Part shown: positions 49,407-59,444 of the stretch, piece by piece
How the letters are laid out: each line of letters opens with the position of its first letter
Position numbering within the stretch: position 1 is the stretch's first letter
Origin: Candidatus Sumerlaeia bacterium
GTDB taxonomy: Bacteria > Sumerlaeota > Sumerlaeia > SLMS01 > JANRJK01
Length of the DNA stretch: 64,000 bases
NCBI GenBank assembly: GCA_033764015.1
Contig: JANRJK010000013.1
Span: 1-64,000 of the forward strand
Direction: 5' to 3'
Translations under genes and position numbers: made by a program
The notes under the pieces: generated by a model
Seen by the model: only the letters and a program-made list of their open reading frames with translations
Told to the model about the DNA's origin: nothing
Database searches by the model: none

Positions 49407-51724
49407 GTCGGCAGGTCCTCGCGGCGGATCGCCGCCTGCATCCCGTCGGCGTGGTGGCGGAAGTAGCGCCGCTCGACCTCGTAGGCGAGCTGCCCCGCCG
49501 TGCGCGAAACCTCGTCCAGCACCTGCCCGAGGCCGACACGGTGCCCGTAGCCGTTGACCGCGCACAGCTCCTGGACGCTGGCGGTCTCGACGGTGGTGAC
49601 GAGCCGCGTGGCGAGGCGGAGCTCCGCGCGCGGCTGCGGCGCCTCCGCGGTGGTGGGGGAGAGCGCCTGGAGGTGCTCGCGCAGCCGCAGCAGCTGATAG
49701 GCGGTCGAGCGCGGATTCGTATCGTCGTGGAGCAGCAGGTCCACCACCCCGGCGGGTTCGAGACGCGGACCGTAGCGCAACCGGTGCGTGAGGATGCTGT
49801 CGGCGAACTCGAGGAGCGCGGCGAGGAGGGCGGCCTCGCGCTCCCCGGGCGCATCGAGCACGGAGCGCATCGTCGCCACGGAGCGCAGCGCGCGCTCGAT
49901 GCGGATGCCCATGTCGAGGAAGCGCCAGGACGGGCCGCGCGTCATGCCCTCCGCGACGTAGCCGTGGAGGCCGGCGCAGAGCTGCACCAGGTTGTCGAAG
50001 ACCTCGATCGCGTCGGCCGTCGAGGCGGGGGGGCGCGCGGCGAACGCGGGCCGCGCGGCGGCGATCAACTCCAGCGTCCGGAACGCGTCCGCGCCCAGCC
50101 GGTCGCGCAGGCGCCGCGCGATGCGGCCCAGCCCGTCCAGCGACGCGTGCAGCGGATGCCCTTCCGAGGGGGCGAAGGACTCCCGCAGCAGCAGGTCCTC
50201 CAGCTCGCCCTCGTCCATGCGCTGCAGCGACGGCCGCACCGCGAGCCCCGCGTTGCGCAGGAGCTGCAGCAGCGCCGCCATCTCCGGCAGATCCGAGGTC
50301 GCTTCCTCCGAGGCGAGCCTGCGGAACCCGTTCCGCAGCAGCCGTGAAAAGCCGTCGAGCCTTTCGACATATCGTCCGAGCCAGAAGAAGTCGTCGGCGA
50401 TGCGGCTTGGCAGATCGAGGCCGCTCCGCCGCAGCGCCACCGGCGGACCTCCCGGCGAGAGCAGCGTCCGCGGCGGCTCCGGACGGTCCGAAAGCACCCA
50501 GACGTCCTTCAGCGCGAGCCGGATGCCCTGCGCGCCGTGGATGAATCCCAGCGCGCCCGGCAGCACGTCGTAGCCGCCCCCCGCCGCGTGCGCGAAAAGC
50601 CGCAGCGCCACCGGGCGGCCGATCACCGCGCCGCCCTCCCAGGACGGGGTGAGCGACATCGGCGCCCCCGCGTCCGGCGCGAGCAGGCACTGCTCGCCGA
50701 GCACCTCGAGGCAGAGTTCCGGCAGCAGCGCGTCGATCCGCGGATCCTCCAGCGCGCCCGCGCCGAGCGCGTTCGCGAGCAGGATGGTGCCCTCGTGCGC
50801 CGCCTGCACCAGGCCGGGCACGCCGTGCTCGCTCGCGTAGTCCAGCTCGAGCGGATCGCAGTCGATGTCCGGGACCTGCCGGATCAGCGCGTCCACCGGG
50901 AGCAGCCCCGCCAGCGTCTTGACGAAGAGCGCGCCGTCGCGCACCGCGAGATCGGAGCCTTCCAGGAGCGCCACGCCGAGGTGCGCCGCGAGGTTCGCCA
51001 GCTCGTGCGCGTCCTCCGCGTCGGGCCCGCGCGAGAGGATCGCGACGCGCGGATGCTCGCGGGGCTTCGGAAGCGCCGCGTGCAGTTCCGTCGTGATCCG
51101 CGAGAAGAACGGAAGCAGCCGGCGGACGTGGCATTCGTGGAGCGTCTCCGGGAGTTGGCGCAGGAGCGCCAAGCGGCACTCCATCGTGCGGCCCAGCCCC
51201 GAGACGACATCCGACAGACACCGCCGCAGGCGCCAGGTCCCGTCCGGCGCGCGGGAAACCTCGAAGGCCTGGAAGCGCAGGAAGACGCCGCCGGTCGCCG
51301 CGGTCCCGTGGCACGGGCGGAGGAAGCGCGGGTTGCCGTAGACCGCGCCCGGGGGGATCAGCCCCGCCCGCAGCAGGCGCTGCGGTCCGTAGAGGTCGCG
51401 CATCAACGCCTCGCGCAGCCGGGCGAGCTGGCGCGCGCCCGCCTCGAGCACCGCCCAGTCCGCCTCCCCGAGCACCAGCGGGTACGGGTCCAGCTCCGGC
51501 AGCCGGTCCGCGTGCTCGACACCGCTCTGGCGTTCGTGCCGGCGGGCGTTCCGGAAAACCGAGCGCGCCTCGTCGAAGCGCTGCCCCAGCTCCGCCGCCC
51601 CGAGCGCCTCGAGCGCGCCGAGCACGCGCGCCCACTGCCCGCGGGCGGCGGGACCGCCGTGGAGCAGCTCGTCGAAGGGTGCCTCCGCCGTCTGGCCCGG
51701 CCTGCTGCTTGTGGTGACCGCCAT
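49403..51724 (-). CDS. Circularly permuted type 2 ATP-grasp fused to alpha-E domain; ATP-grasp degenerate
   Basis: LDPYP, DLYGPQRLL, CDPLEL...GVPGLVQA, ANALGAG, KDVWVL; alpha-E LPSRIADDFFWLGRYVER and GIRIERA, NPRS. Confidence 0.9.
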   Translation of the reverse strand: MAVTTSSRPGQTAEAPFDELLHGGPAARGQWARVLGALEALGAAELGQRFDEARSVFRNARRHERQSGVEHADRLPELDPYPLVLGEADWAVLEAGARQLARLREALMRDLYGPQRLLRAGLIPPGAVYGNPRFLRPCHGTAATGGVFLRFQAFEVSRAPDGTWRLRRCLSDVVSGLGRTMECRLALLRQLPETLHECHVRRLLPFFSRITTELHAALPKPREHPRVAILSRGPDAEDAHELANLAAHLGVALLEGSDLAVRDGALFVKTLAGLLPVDALIRQVPDIDCDPLELDYASEHGVPGLVQAAHEGTILLANALGAGALEDPRIDALLPELCLEVLGEQCLLAPDAGAPMSLTPSWEGGAVIGRPVALRLFAHAAGGGYDVLPGALGFIHGAQGIRLALKDVWVLSDRPEPPRTLLSPGGPPVALRRSGLDLPSRIADDFFWLGRYVERLDGFSRLLRNGFRRLASEEATSDLPEMAALLQLLRNAGLAVRPSLQRMDEGELEDLLLRESFAPSEGHPLHASLDGLGRIARRLRDRLGADAFRTLELIAAARPAFAARPPASTADAIEVFDNLVQLCAGLHGYVAEGMTRGPSWRFLDMGIRIERALRSVATMRSVLDAPGEREAALLAALLEFADSILTHRLRYGPRLEPAGVVDLLLHDDTNPRSTAYQLLRLREHLQALSPTTAEAPQPRAELRLATRLVTTVETASVQELCAVNGYGHRVGLGQVLDEVSRTAGQLAYEVERRYFRHHADGMQAAIRREDLPT

Positions 51725-51838
51725 CTGCTTCGCCCGGGTAAATCGGTTCGCGCGGCACGCCATGGCGCCGCATCGGCTTGCGGACCGGCCCGCGCGCCGC
51801 AAGGCTCGCCGGACCATGGGAAAGCACCTCCGCCGCCG

Positions 51839-53092
51839 ATGATACCGTCAACCAAAGATGGCGGGCAGCCGCTCTTCCGGCTGCTCGCGACGGTCCTCGC
51901 GCCGGCGCTGGCCCTCGCCGCCGCTAGTCTGGTGCTGCTTGTCCGGGCCCAGGCGGTGCCCTCGCGCGGCCTACCGGGATGGTGGCTCCTAGCCTGGGCC
52001 GCCATGGGCGGGGCGGCGGCGGCGGTGGCGGCGCTTGGCGCCCGGCTCCCCGCAGGACCGCGACACGCCTACAACATCCACCTTCTGGTGGTCGCGCCCG
52101 CGGTCCTCTGCGGCTTCCCCTTCGCCTCCGACTTCGCGGAGGTCGCCCCCGGCGTCGTCGCGCTGGCGTTCCCGATGGGCGGCGCGCTCGCGGCGTCGCT
52201 GCTCGCGGCGAGCGCCTTCCCCTCGCCGCGCGCCGCCGCGGCCGTCGCGCTCGCGGCGTACGCGCTGCTGACCATGCCATTGCGACCGCTGTCGCCGCCG
52301 GCGGCGAACACCTTCTTCGCGCTCGCCGCCGCGGGCGCCGCGTGGCTCGCGGCGCGGACCCTCGCCGCCACCGACCGCGAGGACCCCGGCCTCGAATCGC
52401 CGCCGCACGTCATCGGCGCCTGCTACGTGACCACCAACGCGGTGCTCGCCATCGTGATGCTGCCGCTGGTCTGGATGGCGATGGCGGGCCTCATCCTGCC
52501 GCAGCTCGCCGAAGCGGAGCTGATCCCCCCCGAGATGGGCGCGCTCGCCGCGCAGCCGGGCGCCGACCGGGTCTTCCGTCTCGGCGACGTCGCGGCGCGG
52601 CTTCTCGTCGCCGGGTTGGCGGCGGGCGTCGCGGCGTTCCTCGCCTCGCGCGATTGGCTTGGCAGCGGCGACCCGGTCCGCGTCGCCGCGGGTGTCTGCA
52701 TCGCCGCCTGCGGCGCCTCGCTCGGAGGGCAGACGATGAACGGGACAGGCTTCACGGTCGCGGGGTTCGCGGTCGTCCTGGTCGGAGCAGGGCTGATGAT
52801 GGCGTTCGGCGGAGGGATGCGCGGCGCGCGGGCCCCCCGCGTGGCGGCCGCCGCGATGCTCGCCTTCCTCTTGGGCGGCGACCTGCTCGAGCCATCCCGC
52901 GGCGAGCGGATCTTCACCCCGTGGGCGGCGGTCGCGTTCGGACTCGAGGCGCTGGTGGTGGCCGGAGCCCTCGGCGCGGGCTACTGGTTCGCGCTGCGCC
53001 CGCTCCGGCTCTCGCTGCCCCAGCCCGTCCCGCGCGCGAAAGCCTTCGCGCCCCAGTCGCCGCCGCCCCCCGCGCCACCGCCCCGCGCGTAG
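51839..53092 (+). CDS. Hypothetical polytopic membrane protein
   Basis: About 12 hydrophobic segments, Pro-rich tail. Confidence 0.6.
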   Translation: MIPSTKDGGQPLFRLLATVLAPALALAAASLVLLVRAQAVPSRGLPGWWLLAWAAMGGAAAAVAALGARLPAGPRHAYNIHLLVVAPAVLCGFPFASDFAEVAPGVVALAFPMGGALAASLLAASAFPSPRAAAAVALAAYALLTMPLRPLSPPAANTFFALAAAGAAWLAARTLAATDREDPGLESPPHVIGACYVTTNAVLAIVMLPLVWMAMAGLILPQLAEAELIPPEMGALAAQPGADRVFRLGDVAARLLVAGLAAGVAAFLASRDWLGSGDPVRVAAGVCIAACGASLGGQTMNGTGFTVAGFAVVLVGAGLMMAFGGGMRGARAPRVAAAAMLAFLLGGDLLEPSRGERIFTPWAAVAFGLEALVVAGALGAGYWFALRPLRLSLPQPVPRAKAFAPQSPPPPAPPPRA

Positions 53093-53094
53093 CT

Positions 53095-53586
53095 TCAGCG
53101 CTTCATGTTCACATACTGGAGCGGCACCGGCAGGTTCGCCTCCTCCAGCGCCCGCATCACCGCCTGCAGGTCGTCGATGCTCTTCGACTCGACGCGGACC
53201 TGCTCTCCCTGCGTCGTCGCCTTCACCTTCAGCCCCGAGTCCTTGATGATCCCGTTCACCTTCTTGACCATTTCCTTCTCGAGGCCGTCCTGCAGCTTGC
53301 AGTTGTGGCGCACTCCGCCGAGCGACGCGTACTCGGGGGTACCCCATTCGATCGCCTTTGGCGACACCCCCTGATCGATGAAGCAGCCGCGGACGACCTC
53401 CTGCATGTGCTTCATCTTCATGTCGTCCGGCGCCTCGACCTTCAGGGTTTTCGCCTTCTTGTCCAGCTCCAGCGTGATCTTCACGCCGCGGAAGTCGAAT
53501 CGCTGCGTGATCCGCGCGGTCGCCGTGTTGACCGCGTTGTCCACAAGCTGCATGTCGAGCTTGCTGACGATGTCGAAAGTGGGCAT
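53095..53586 (-). CDS. yajQ: YajQ family nucleotide/c-di-GMP binding protein
   Basis: MPTFDIVSK, NAVN, RFDFRG, QGEQVRV, DDLQ, LQYVN. Confidence 0.95.
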   Translation of the reverse strand: MPTFDIVSKLDMQLVDNAVNTATARITQRFDFRGVKITLELDKKAKTLKVEAPDDMKMKHMQEVVRGCFIDQGVSPKAIEWGTPEYASLGGVRHNCKLQDGLEKEMVKKVNGIIKDSGLKVKATTQGEQVRVESKSIDDLQAVMRALEEANLPVPLQYVNMKR

Positions 53587-53738
53587 GGGAAGTTCCTTTC
53601 CGTCTTTGGTAAAAATCAGGGAGAGGCCGGAAGGCGGTTGACCAATTCGCCCATGAGGCCTCCGATACCTCTGCGATCCTCCGGCGCGCCACAGCCTCAA
53701 GCACGACCATTGGACCGCACCCGCCCGCGGAGGCCACC

Positions 53739-56700
53739 ATGATTCGCATCGCCATCGGCTTGGGCGCTCTCGCCCTTGCGCTCTTGACCCAACTCGCCTC
53801 GCCTGTCCACGCCCAGCAGCGCTTTGGCGGTTCCGACGCCACCGGCGCGCCATGCAGCTACACCCTCGCGCCCACCGCGGGTTCCACGCTCGAGTTCCCC
53901 GCCGGCGCCTTCAGCCTCCCGGTAACCGTCTCCACCGCCCCCGGCTGCTTCTGGGACGCCGACACCGGCGCCTCCTGGCTCTCCGTCGCTCCGGAGACAT
54001 TCTTCGGCAGCTCCGCCGCCTTCGTCACCGCCCAGGCGAATCCCGGCGGGCCACGGTCCACCACCGTGACCATCGCCGGTGGCCAGTTCACCGCGAATCA
54101 AGCCGGCGTCCCTTGCACCTACACCGTGACACCGCCCTCCGCGGGCGAGCTGCTCGCAGGCGCTATCGGCGCGGCATTCAACTACAATGTCGCGACGCGC
54201 GCGGACTGCTTCTGGACCACGTCAGACAGCGCGGCGTGGATCACCGTTTCGCCGGAGACCGCCTACGGCCCGTCCGCGGTGAGCGTCACCGTCGCCTCCA
54301 ACCCCGGCGCCGAACGCACTGGCTCCTTCACCATCGCGGGCGCGAGCTACCAGCTCCGCCAATCCGCCGCCGACTGCACGTTCGCGGTCACACCGACCCC
54401 CGCGGGCGAGTTGCTCGCATCCGCTGGCGGCGCGTCGTTCAACTACAACGTCGCGACGCGGGCCGACTGCTTCTGGACGACCTCCGACAGCGCGGCGTGG
54501 ATCACGGTCTCTCCTGCCTCGAACACTGGGCCATCTGCTGTGTCGGTCAGCATCGATTCGAACAGCGGCGCCGAACGCACAGGCTCCTTCACCATCGCGG
54601 GGGCGAGCTACCAAGTCCGCCAGTCCGCCCCCGACTGCACGTACACTGTGACCCCGCCCTCCGCGGGCGAGCTGCTCGCCGCCGCGACCGGCGCCTCGCT
54701 AAACTACAACGTCGCGACGCGCGCCGACTGCTTCTGGACGACCTCCGACAGCGCGTCGTGGATCACGGTCTCTCCCGAGACCGCCTACGGCCCCTCCGCG
54801 GTGAGCGTCACCGTCGCCTCCAACTCCGGCGCCGAACGCACCGGCTCCTTCACCATCGCGGGCGCAAGCTACCAAGTCCGCCAGTCCGCCGCCGACTGCA
54901 CCTACTTGCTCAACCCGCCCACCGCGCTGGAGTTGTTCTTCACCCCGGCTGGCGGCGACGTTTCCGTCGAGGTGTTGACAGGAGAAGACTGTCCGTGGGG
55001 AACCGAGAGCGCTCTCGGTTGGATCACGATCTCCCCCGAAACCTCCTACGGCCCCGGCACGGCGACGGTCACCGCTTCACCCAACCCCGGCGGCGATCGA
55101 ACAGGTACTGTCCGCATCGCGGGTTCGACCTTTAACGTGCGTCAGCTCGGGGGCCCTTGCTCCTACACCGTGACGCCACCGCCGTCTGGCGAATTGCTCG
55201 CAGCTGCCGGCGGTGCCTCGTTCAACTACAACGTCGCGACGCGCGCCGACTGCTTCTGGACCACCTCCGACAGCGCGTCGTGGATCACGGTCTCGCCTGA
55301 GACGGCCTACGGCCCCTCCGCGGTGAGCGTCGCAGTCGCCTCCAACTCCGGCGCCGAACGCACCGGCTCCTTCACCATCGCGGGCGCAAGCTACCAAGTC
55401 CGCCAGTCCGCTGCGAACTGCTCCTACACCGTGACGCCGCCCCCCGCGGGCGAGCTACTCGCGGGCGCTACCGGTGCCTCGTTCAACTACAACGTCGCGA
55501 CGCGGGCCGACTGCTTCTGGACGACCTCGGACAGCGCGGCGTGGATCACGGTTTCTCCCGAGACCGCCTACGGTCCCTCCGCGGTCAGCGTCACCGTCGC
55601 CTCCAACTCCGGCGCCGAGCGCACCGGCTCCTTCACCATCGCGGGCGCGAGCTACCAGCTTCGCCAGTCCGCCGCCGACTGCACGTTCGCGGTCACACCG
55701 CCCCCCGCGGGCGAGCTGCTCGCAGGCGCTACCGGCGCGGCGTTCAACTACAACGTCGCGACGCGCGCGGACTGCTTCTGGACGACCTCCGACAGCGCGT
55801 CGTGGATCACGGTCTCGCCCGAGACGGCATACGGTCCCTCCGCGGTGAGCGTCGCCGTCGCCTCCAACTCCGGCGCCGAACGCACTGGCTCCTTCACCAT
55901 CGCGGGCGCAAGCTACCAGCTTCGACAACTGGCGGCGCCGTGCTCCTACGTGTTGAATCCGCCCCCGTCACTCGAGCTGTTCTTCACGCAGGCCGGCGGC
56001 AGCGTGCCTGTTTCGGTTTCGACTCGCGCGGATTGCCCGTGGGGGACGGAGAGCGCCTTCGATTGGATCGTCGCGGCGCCGGAGACGGCCTACGGCCCCG
56101 GCACAGCGACCGTCACGGCGCCCGCCAACACCGGAGGCGAGCGCACCGGCACGGTCCGCATCGCCGGCGCCACCTTCAATGTGCGCCAGCTCGGCGCCCC
56201 ATGCGCTTTCGAGGTCCTCCCGCCCCCGGGCCGGATCGTCCGTTTCTCACCGGGTGGCGGCTCCAAGGCGTTCACCGTCGTGACGCGCGGGGATTGCGAG
56301 TGGGGTTCCTTCGCAAACGTGGATTGGCTGACGTTCGAGGCGGAGACGCGCTACGGTCCCGGCATGGTCACGGTGACCGCCAGTCGCAATAGCTCGATCA
56401 CGCGCAACGGCCGATTCACCATCGCGGGCAAGACCTACGACGCGTCGCAGTCTGGCAACCTCTGTTCCTACGAAGTGACACCGCCCCCGCCGGGCAGCAT
56501 GTCGGAGTTCGACCTCGTGGCCTACATCGGGGAGTCGCGGGAGTACTATGTGGACACGCGCGACCTCTGCGACTGGACCGCGACCAGCGACTCTGCTTGG
56601 ATCTCCGTTCGCGCCGAGACGAACTACGGACCAGGCGCTGTGAAGGTCCGCATCGACCGCAACACGGGGACGCGCCGGCAGGGTACCTTCACGATCGCCG

Positions 56701-58580
56701 GCGTGCCATATCCGGTGACGCAGGCCTCTCTGCTCTGCCGCAACACGGTGACACCACTTTCGGTGCCCCAGTTCCCCGCCGCCGGTGGCTCTTCGCTGGT
56801 GACCGTCTCGCCTTCCTCGACCGAGTGCGTTTGGACCGTCGAGAACCTTCCGGCATGGCTCGCCGCGGCCCCGCTCTCTGGACAGGGCAACGGGACCGTG
56901 ACGCTCTCCGCTTCCGCGAACGCCACCTACATCCGCACCGCCACGATCCGGATCGCCGGGCGCAACGTGACGGTCAGCCAGCGCTTCGCCGGATCCGATC
57001 CGTTCGAACCCAACAACGATCCGGCGCAGGGTGGCGCGGCCCCGCCGCTCCCGTCCGGGCCGAACGTTCCGGTGCTGATGACCGCGGACGATGACTGGTA
57101 TCGACTGGTTCTGCCCGCGTGCTCCGCGTTCCGCGTCACGGTCACCCACGATCCGTCGCTCGGCGACATCAACGCGCAACTCTTCGACTCGCGCTGCACC
57201 GATGGCGGGGGCTTCCCGCTCTCGCTGGCGGGCAGCTTCCGCCCCGGCGGCTTCGACGAGCTCGTCTACACCGACCGCAGCGGGGGCGCCTCCGGCGAGT
57301 ACTTCCTGCGCTGCTACTCCGAAGGTCCCGTCACCAGCCTGCCCTACAACATCAGGGTCCAGCCGCTCGGCATCGACGACGTCTTCGAGCCGAACAACGC
57401 GCCTTGCGAGGTCTCCTCGATCTCCCTCGGTACGCGCTACACCGACCTGATCCTCAAGGACGACGACATCTTCCGGGTGCCGACGCTGGGCGCGGGGAGG
57501 ATCGATGTCGAGGTGGCCGCCCCAAGCGGCTCCGGCCAACTCTACTTCCAGATCCTTCGCGACGACGGAAGCTGCTCCTACGACGCGATCAGCGGGTTCT
57601 ACGATCCGAACATCGACACCATGCGGATCGAGGGCGTTGATGTGGCCGGGCTCGCGAGCGTCCTCGTCCGCGTCTATCCCGCCGCGACGCAGAACAGCAA
57701 CGTGTACAGCCTCCTCGTCGCGCCGTCCGCCTCGCCGGTGGCGCAGGCGGAGGAAAGCGCCACGACCGACTTCATCCTGAGCGACGACCCGTTCCTGCTC
57801 TGGCGCGACCTGCCCCGGGGCGCCGCGCGCGGAAGCGACGATGCATTCGAGCCGAACAACAACCCGCTCGAGGCCGCCAGCGTTCCGATCGTGCCCTTCG
57901 GTCCGACGCCGAACCTAGTCCTCGCCAATGAGGACTGGTACCGCATCGCGCTGTCCGACTGCGGAGCGCTCCGCATCGACGCGGACTTCAATCCCGCGGA
58001 GGGCAACCTGCGGATCCAGCTCCTCGAAACCCGCTGCACGTCGACCGGTGGCTTCCCGCTCTTCGTCGCGCAGGGTTCCAGCACCGCCGGGCGCGAGTCC
58101 GTCGCGTTCGTCGACCGCTTCGGCTCCGCCGGGTCCGTGCTGCTGCGCGTCTATTCCGACGCCGGCTACACCGGCCAGCGCTACACCCTCACGCTGACCA
58201 ACCTCGGGATCGACGACGCCTTCGAGCCCAACTCCTCCCCGTGCGCGCCGGGGCTCTTCGCCACCGGCGCCTTCGGCACCGCCTCCGCAACGGACCTCGT
58301 CCTCAAGGACGACGACGTGTACCGGATCGGCACCGCGGCGTACTCGGCGCTTCGCATCGAGGTGGAGCACAACCCGCAGAGCGGCCAGCTCTACTTCATG
58401 GTGCTCGAGGACGCCTGCGCGTTCAACGTGATCACCGGCTTCTACACGCCGAACACCGGCGCGATGGTGATCGACAACCTGCCGCTCGCGGGGCGCTCCA
58501 GCGTCCTCGTCCGGGTCTACGGGACCGGCGGCGCGACGAACGTCTACAATCTCCGGGTGACCGGCATCACGGCGCCGTAG
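53739..58580 (+). CDS. Giant secreted surface protein: 12 BACON-like Ig repeats and four PPC-like (DxFEPN) domains
   Basis: Signal peptide; 87-aa repeats C.Y...C.WT..SD..WITV.....G...V.V....N.G.ERTG..TIAG; GGAGG Shine-Dalgarno. Confidence 0.92.
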   Translation: MIRIAIGLGALALALLTQLASPVHAQQRFGGSDATGAPCSYTLAPTAGSTLEFPAGAFSLPVTVSTAPGCFWDADTGASWLSVAPETFFGSSAAFVTAQANPGGPRSTTVTIAGGQFTANQAGVPCTYTVTPPSAGELLAGAIGAAFNYNVATRADCFWTTSDSAAWITVSPETAYGPSAVSVTVASNPGAERTGSFTIAGASYQLRQSAADCTFAVTPTPAGELLASAGGASFNYNVATRADCFWTTSDSAAWITVSPASNTGPSAVSVSIDSNSGAERTGSFTIAGASYQVRQSAPDCTYTVTPPSAGELLAAATGASLNYNVATRADCFWTTSDSASWITVSPETAYGPSAVSVTVASNSGAERTGSFTIAGASYQVRQSAADCTYLLNPPTALELFFTPAGGDVSVEVLTGEDCPWGTESALGWITISPETSYGPGTATVTASPNPGGDRTGTVRIAGSTFNVRQLGGPCSYTVTPPPSGELLAAAGGASFNYNVATRADCFWTTSDSASWITVSPETAYGPSAVSVAVASNSGAERTGSFTIAGASYQVRQSAANCSYTVTPPPAGELLAGATGASFNYNVATRADCFWTTSDSAAWITVSPETAYGPSAVSVTVASNSGAERTGSFTIAGASYQLRQSAADCTFAVTPPPAGELLAGATGAAFNYNVATRADCFWTTSDSASWITVSPETAYGPSAVSVAVASNSGAERTGSFTIAGASYQLRQLAAPCSYVLNPPPSLELFFTQAGGSVPVSVSTRADCPWGTESAFDWIVAAPETAYGPGTATVTAPANTGGERTGTVRIAGATFNVRQLGAPCAFEVLPPPGRIVRFSPGGGSKAFTVVTRGDCEWGSFANVDWLTFEAETRYGPGMVTVTASRNSSITRNGRFTIAGKTYDASQSGNLCSYEVTPPPPGSMSEFDLVAYIGESREYYVDTRDLCDWTATSDSAWISVRAETNYGPGAVKVRIDRNTGTRRQGTFTIAGVPYPVTQASLLCRNTVTPLSVPQFPAAGGSSLVTVSPSSTECVWTVENLPAWLAAAPLSGQGNGTVTLSASANATYIRTATIRIAGRNVTVSQRFAGSDPFEPNNDPAQGGAAPPLPSGPNVPVLMTADDDWYRLVLPACSAFRVTVTHDPSLGDINAQLFDSRCTDGGGFPLSLAGSFRPGGFDELVYTDRSGGASGEYFLRCYSEGPVTSLPYNIRVQPLGIDDVFEPNNAPCEVSSISLGTRYTDLILKDDDIFRVPTLGAGRIDVEVAAPSGSGQLYFQILRDDGSCSYDAISGFYDPNIDTMRIEGVDVAGLASVLVRVYPAATQNSNVYSLLVAPSASPVAQAEESATTDFILSDDPFLLWRDLPRGAARGSDDAFEPNNNPLEAASVPIVPFGPTPNLVLANEDWYRIALSDCGALRIDADFNPAEGNLRIQLLETRCTSTGGFPLFVAQGSSTAGRESVAFVDRFGSAGSVLLRVYSDAGYTGQRYTLTLTNLGIDDAFEPNSSPCAPGLFATGAFGTASATDLVLKDDDVYRIGTAAYSALRIEVEHNPQSGQLYFMVLEDACAFNVITGFYTPNTGAMVIDNLPLAGRSSVLVRVYGTGGATNVYNLRVTGITAP
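53853..56990 (+). repeat. Intragenic tandem repeat array, 261-bp unit
   Basis: First Cys codons at 53853, 54114, 54375, 54636, 54897, 55158, 55419, 55680, 55941, 56202, 56463 (exact 261 spacing) and 56736. Confidence 0.93.
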
Positions 58581-58612
58581 CACCAGTTCGGCTTCACCTC
58601 GACACGCCCCGG

Positions 58613-58647
58613 ACCGCCTCCCCAATATGGGGAGGCGGTTCCATTTT
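58613..58647 (+). terminator. Intrinsic terminator after the BACON gene
   Basis: Stem ACCGCCTCCCCA-ATA-TGGGGAGGCGGT followed by TCCATTTT. Confidence 0.72.
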
Positions 58648-58666
58648 CCACCTTGGAGGCGCGGCG

Positions 58667-59380
58667 ATGGATGACACAACGCGGGAGCCACTCGACCGGG
58701 CCGCGGTTGCCAATCTCGCCGCGGTGAGGACGCGTATCGCCGCGGCGTGCGCCCGCTCCCGTCGGGATCCCGCCTCGGTGCGCCTGATCGCCGTGGTGAA
58801 GCAGCGGCCCTTGGAACAGGTCCGCGCGCTCATCCGCGCGGGAGCGCTGGAGCTCGCCGAGAACCGCCCCCTCGACGCCCGCGACCGCGTGCCCCAGCTA
58901 CCCGCCGGCCCGCTCTGGCACATGATCGGCCGCCTGCAGACGAACAAGAGCAAGTACCTGCCGCCGATCTTCGAGTGGGTCCACTCCATCGACCGGCACG
59001 AGTTGGCCGACGGCGTGTCGGACGCCTACTGGAAGGCGGGCAAGCGCGCGCTCGGATGCCTGCAGATCAATGTCAGCGGCGAAGAGGTGAAGGCCGGCGT
59101 CGGGCCGGAGGATGCGGAGGACTTCGTGCGCCATTGCCTCGCGCTGCCGGGACTCGACGTGCGTGGCCTGATGACCATGGCGCCGCTCGAGGCGGAGCCG
59201 GAGGCCACCCGCCCCGTCTTCCGCGCGCTGCGCGCGTTGCGCCACCAGCTCGAGGCGGAGGTCGGCCATCCGCTGCCGGAACTCTCCATGGGCATGTCGA
59301 ACGACTTCGAGGTGGCGGTGGAGGAGGGCGCGACGATGGCGCGCGTGGGGAGCGCGCTCTTCGCGGGGATGCCGGAATAG
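58667..59380 (+). CDS. yggS: PLP homeostasis protein YggS/PROSC
   Basis: [44 protein letters not shown]. Confidence 0.95.
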   Translation: MDDTTREPLDRAAVANLAAVRTRIAAACARSRRDPASVRLIAVVKQRPLEQVRALIRAGALELAENRPLDARDRVPQLPAGPLWHMIGRLQTNKSKYLPPIFEWVHSIDRHELADGVSDAYWKAGKRALGCLQINVSGEEVKAGVGPEDAEDFVRHCLALPGLDVRGLMTMAPLEAEPEATRPVFRALRALRHQLEAEVGHPLPELSMGMSNDFEVAVEEGATMARVGSALFAGMPE

Positions 59381-59416
59381 GAAACGGGCCGGCGGGGTAG
59401 CGCCCCGCCGGCCCGT
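59381..59416 (-). terminator. Terminator hairpin between convergent yggS and rpmA
   Basis: 14-bp perfect stem ACGGGCCGGCGGGG-TAGCG-CCCCGCCGGCCCGT with a short U tract on the minus strand. Confidence 0.7.
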
Positions 59417-59444
59417 GGAAGCCGCGCCACCGCTCGCCGGCCGC

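Noticed and set aside
53853..56990. Repeat array as CRISPR or a diversity-generating retroelement template
   Set aside because: Units are 261 bp, in-frame and coding with no spacers; differences are not adenine-specific, and no cas or reverse transcriptase gene is in the window.
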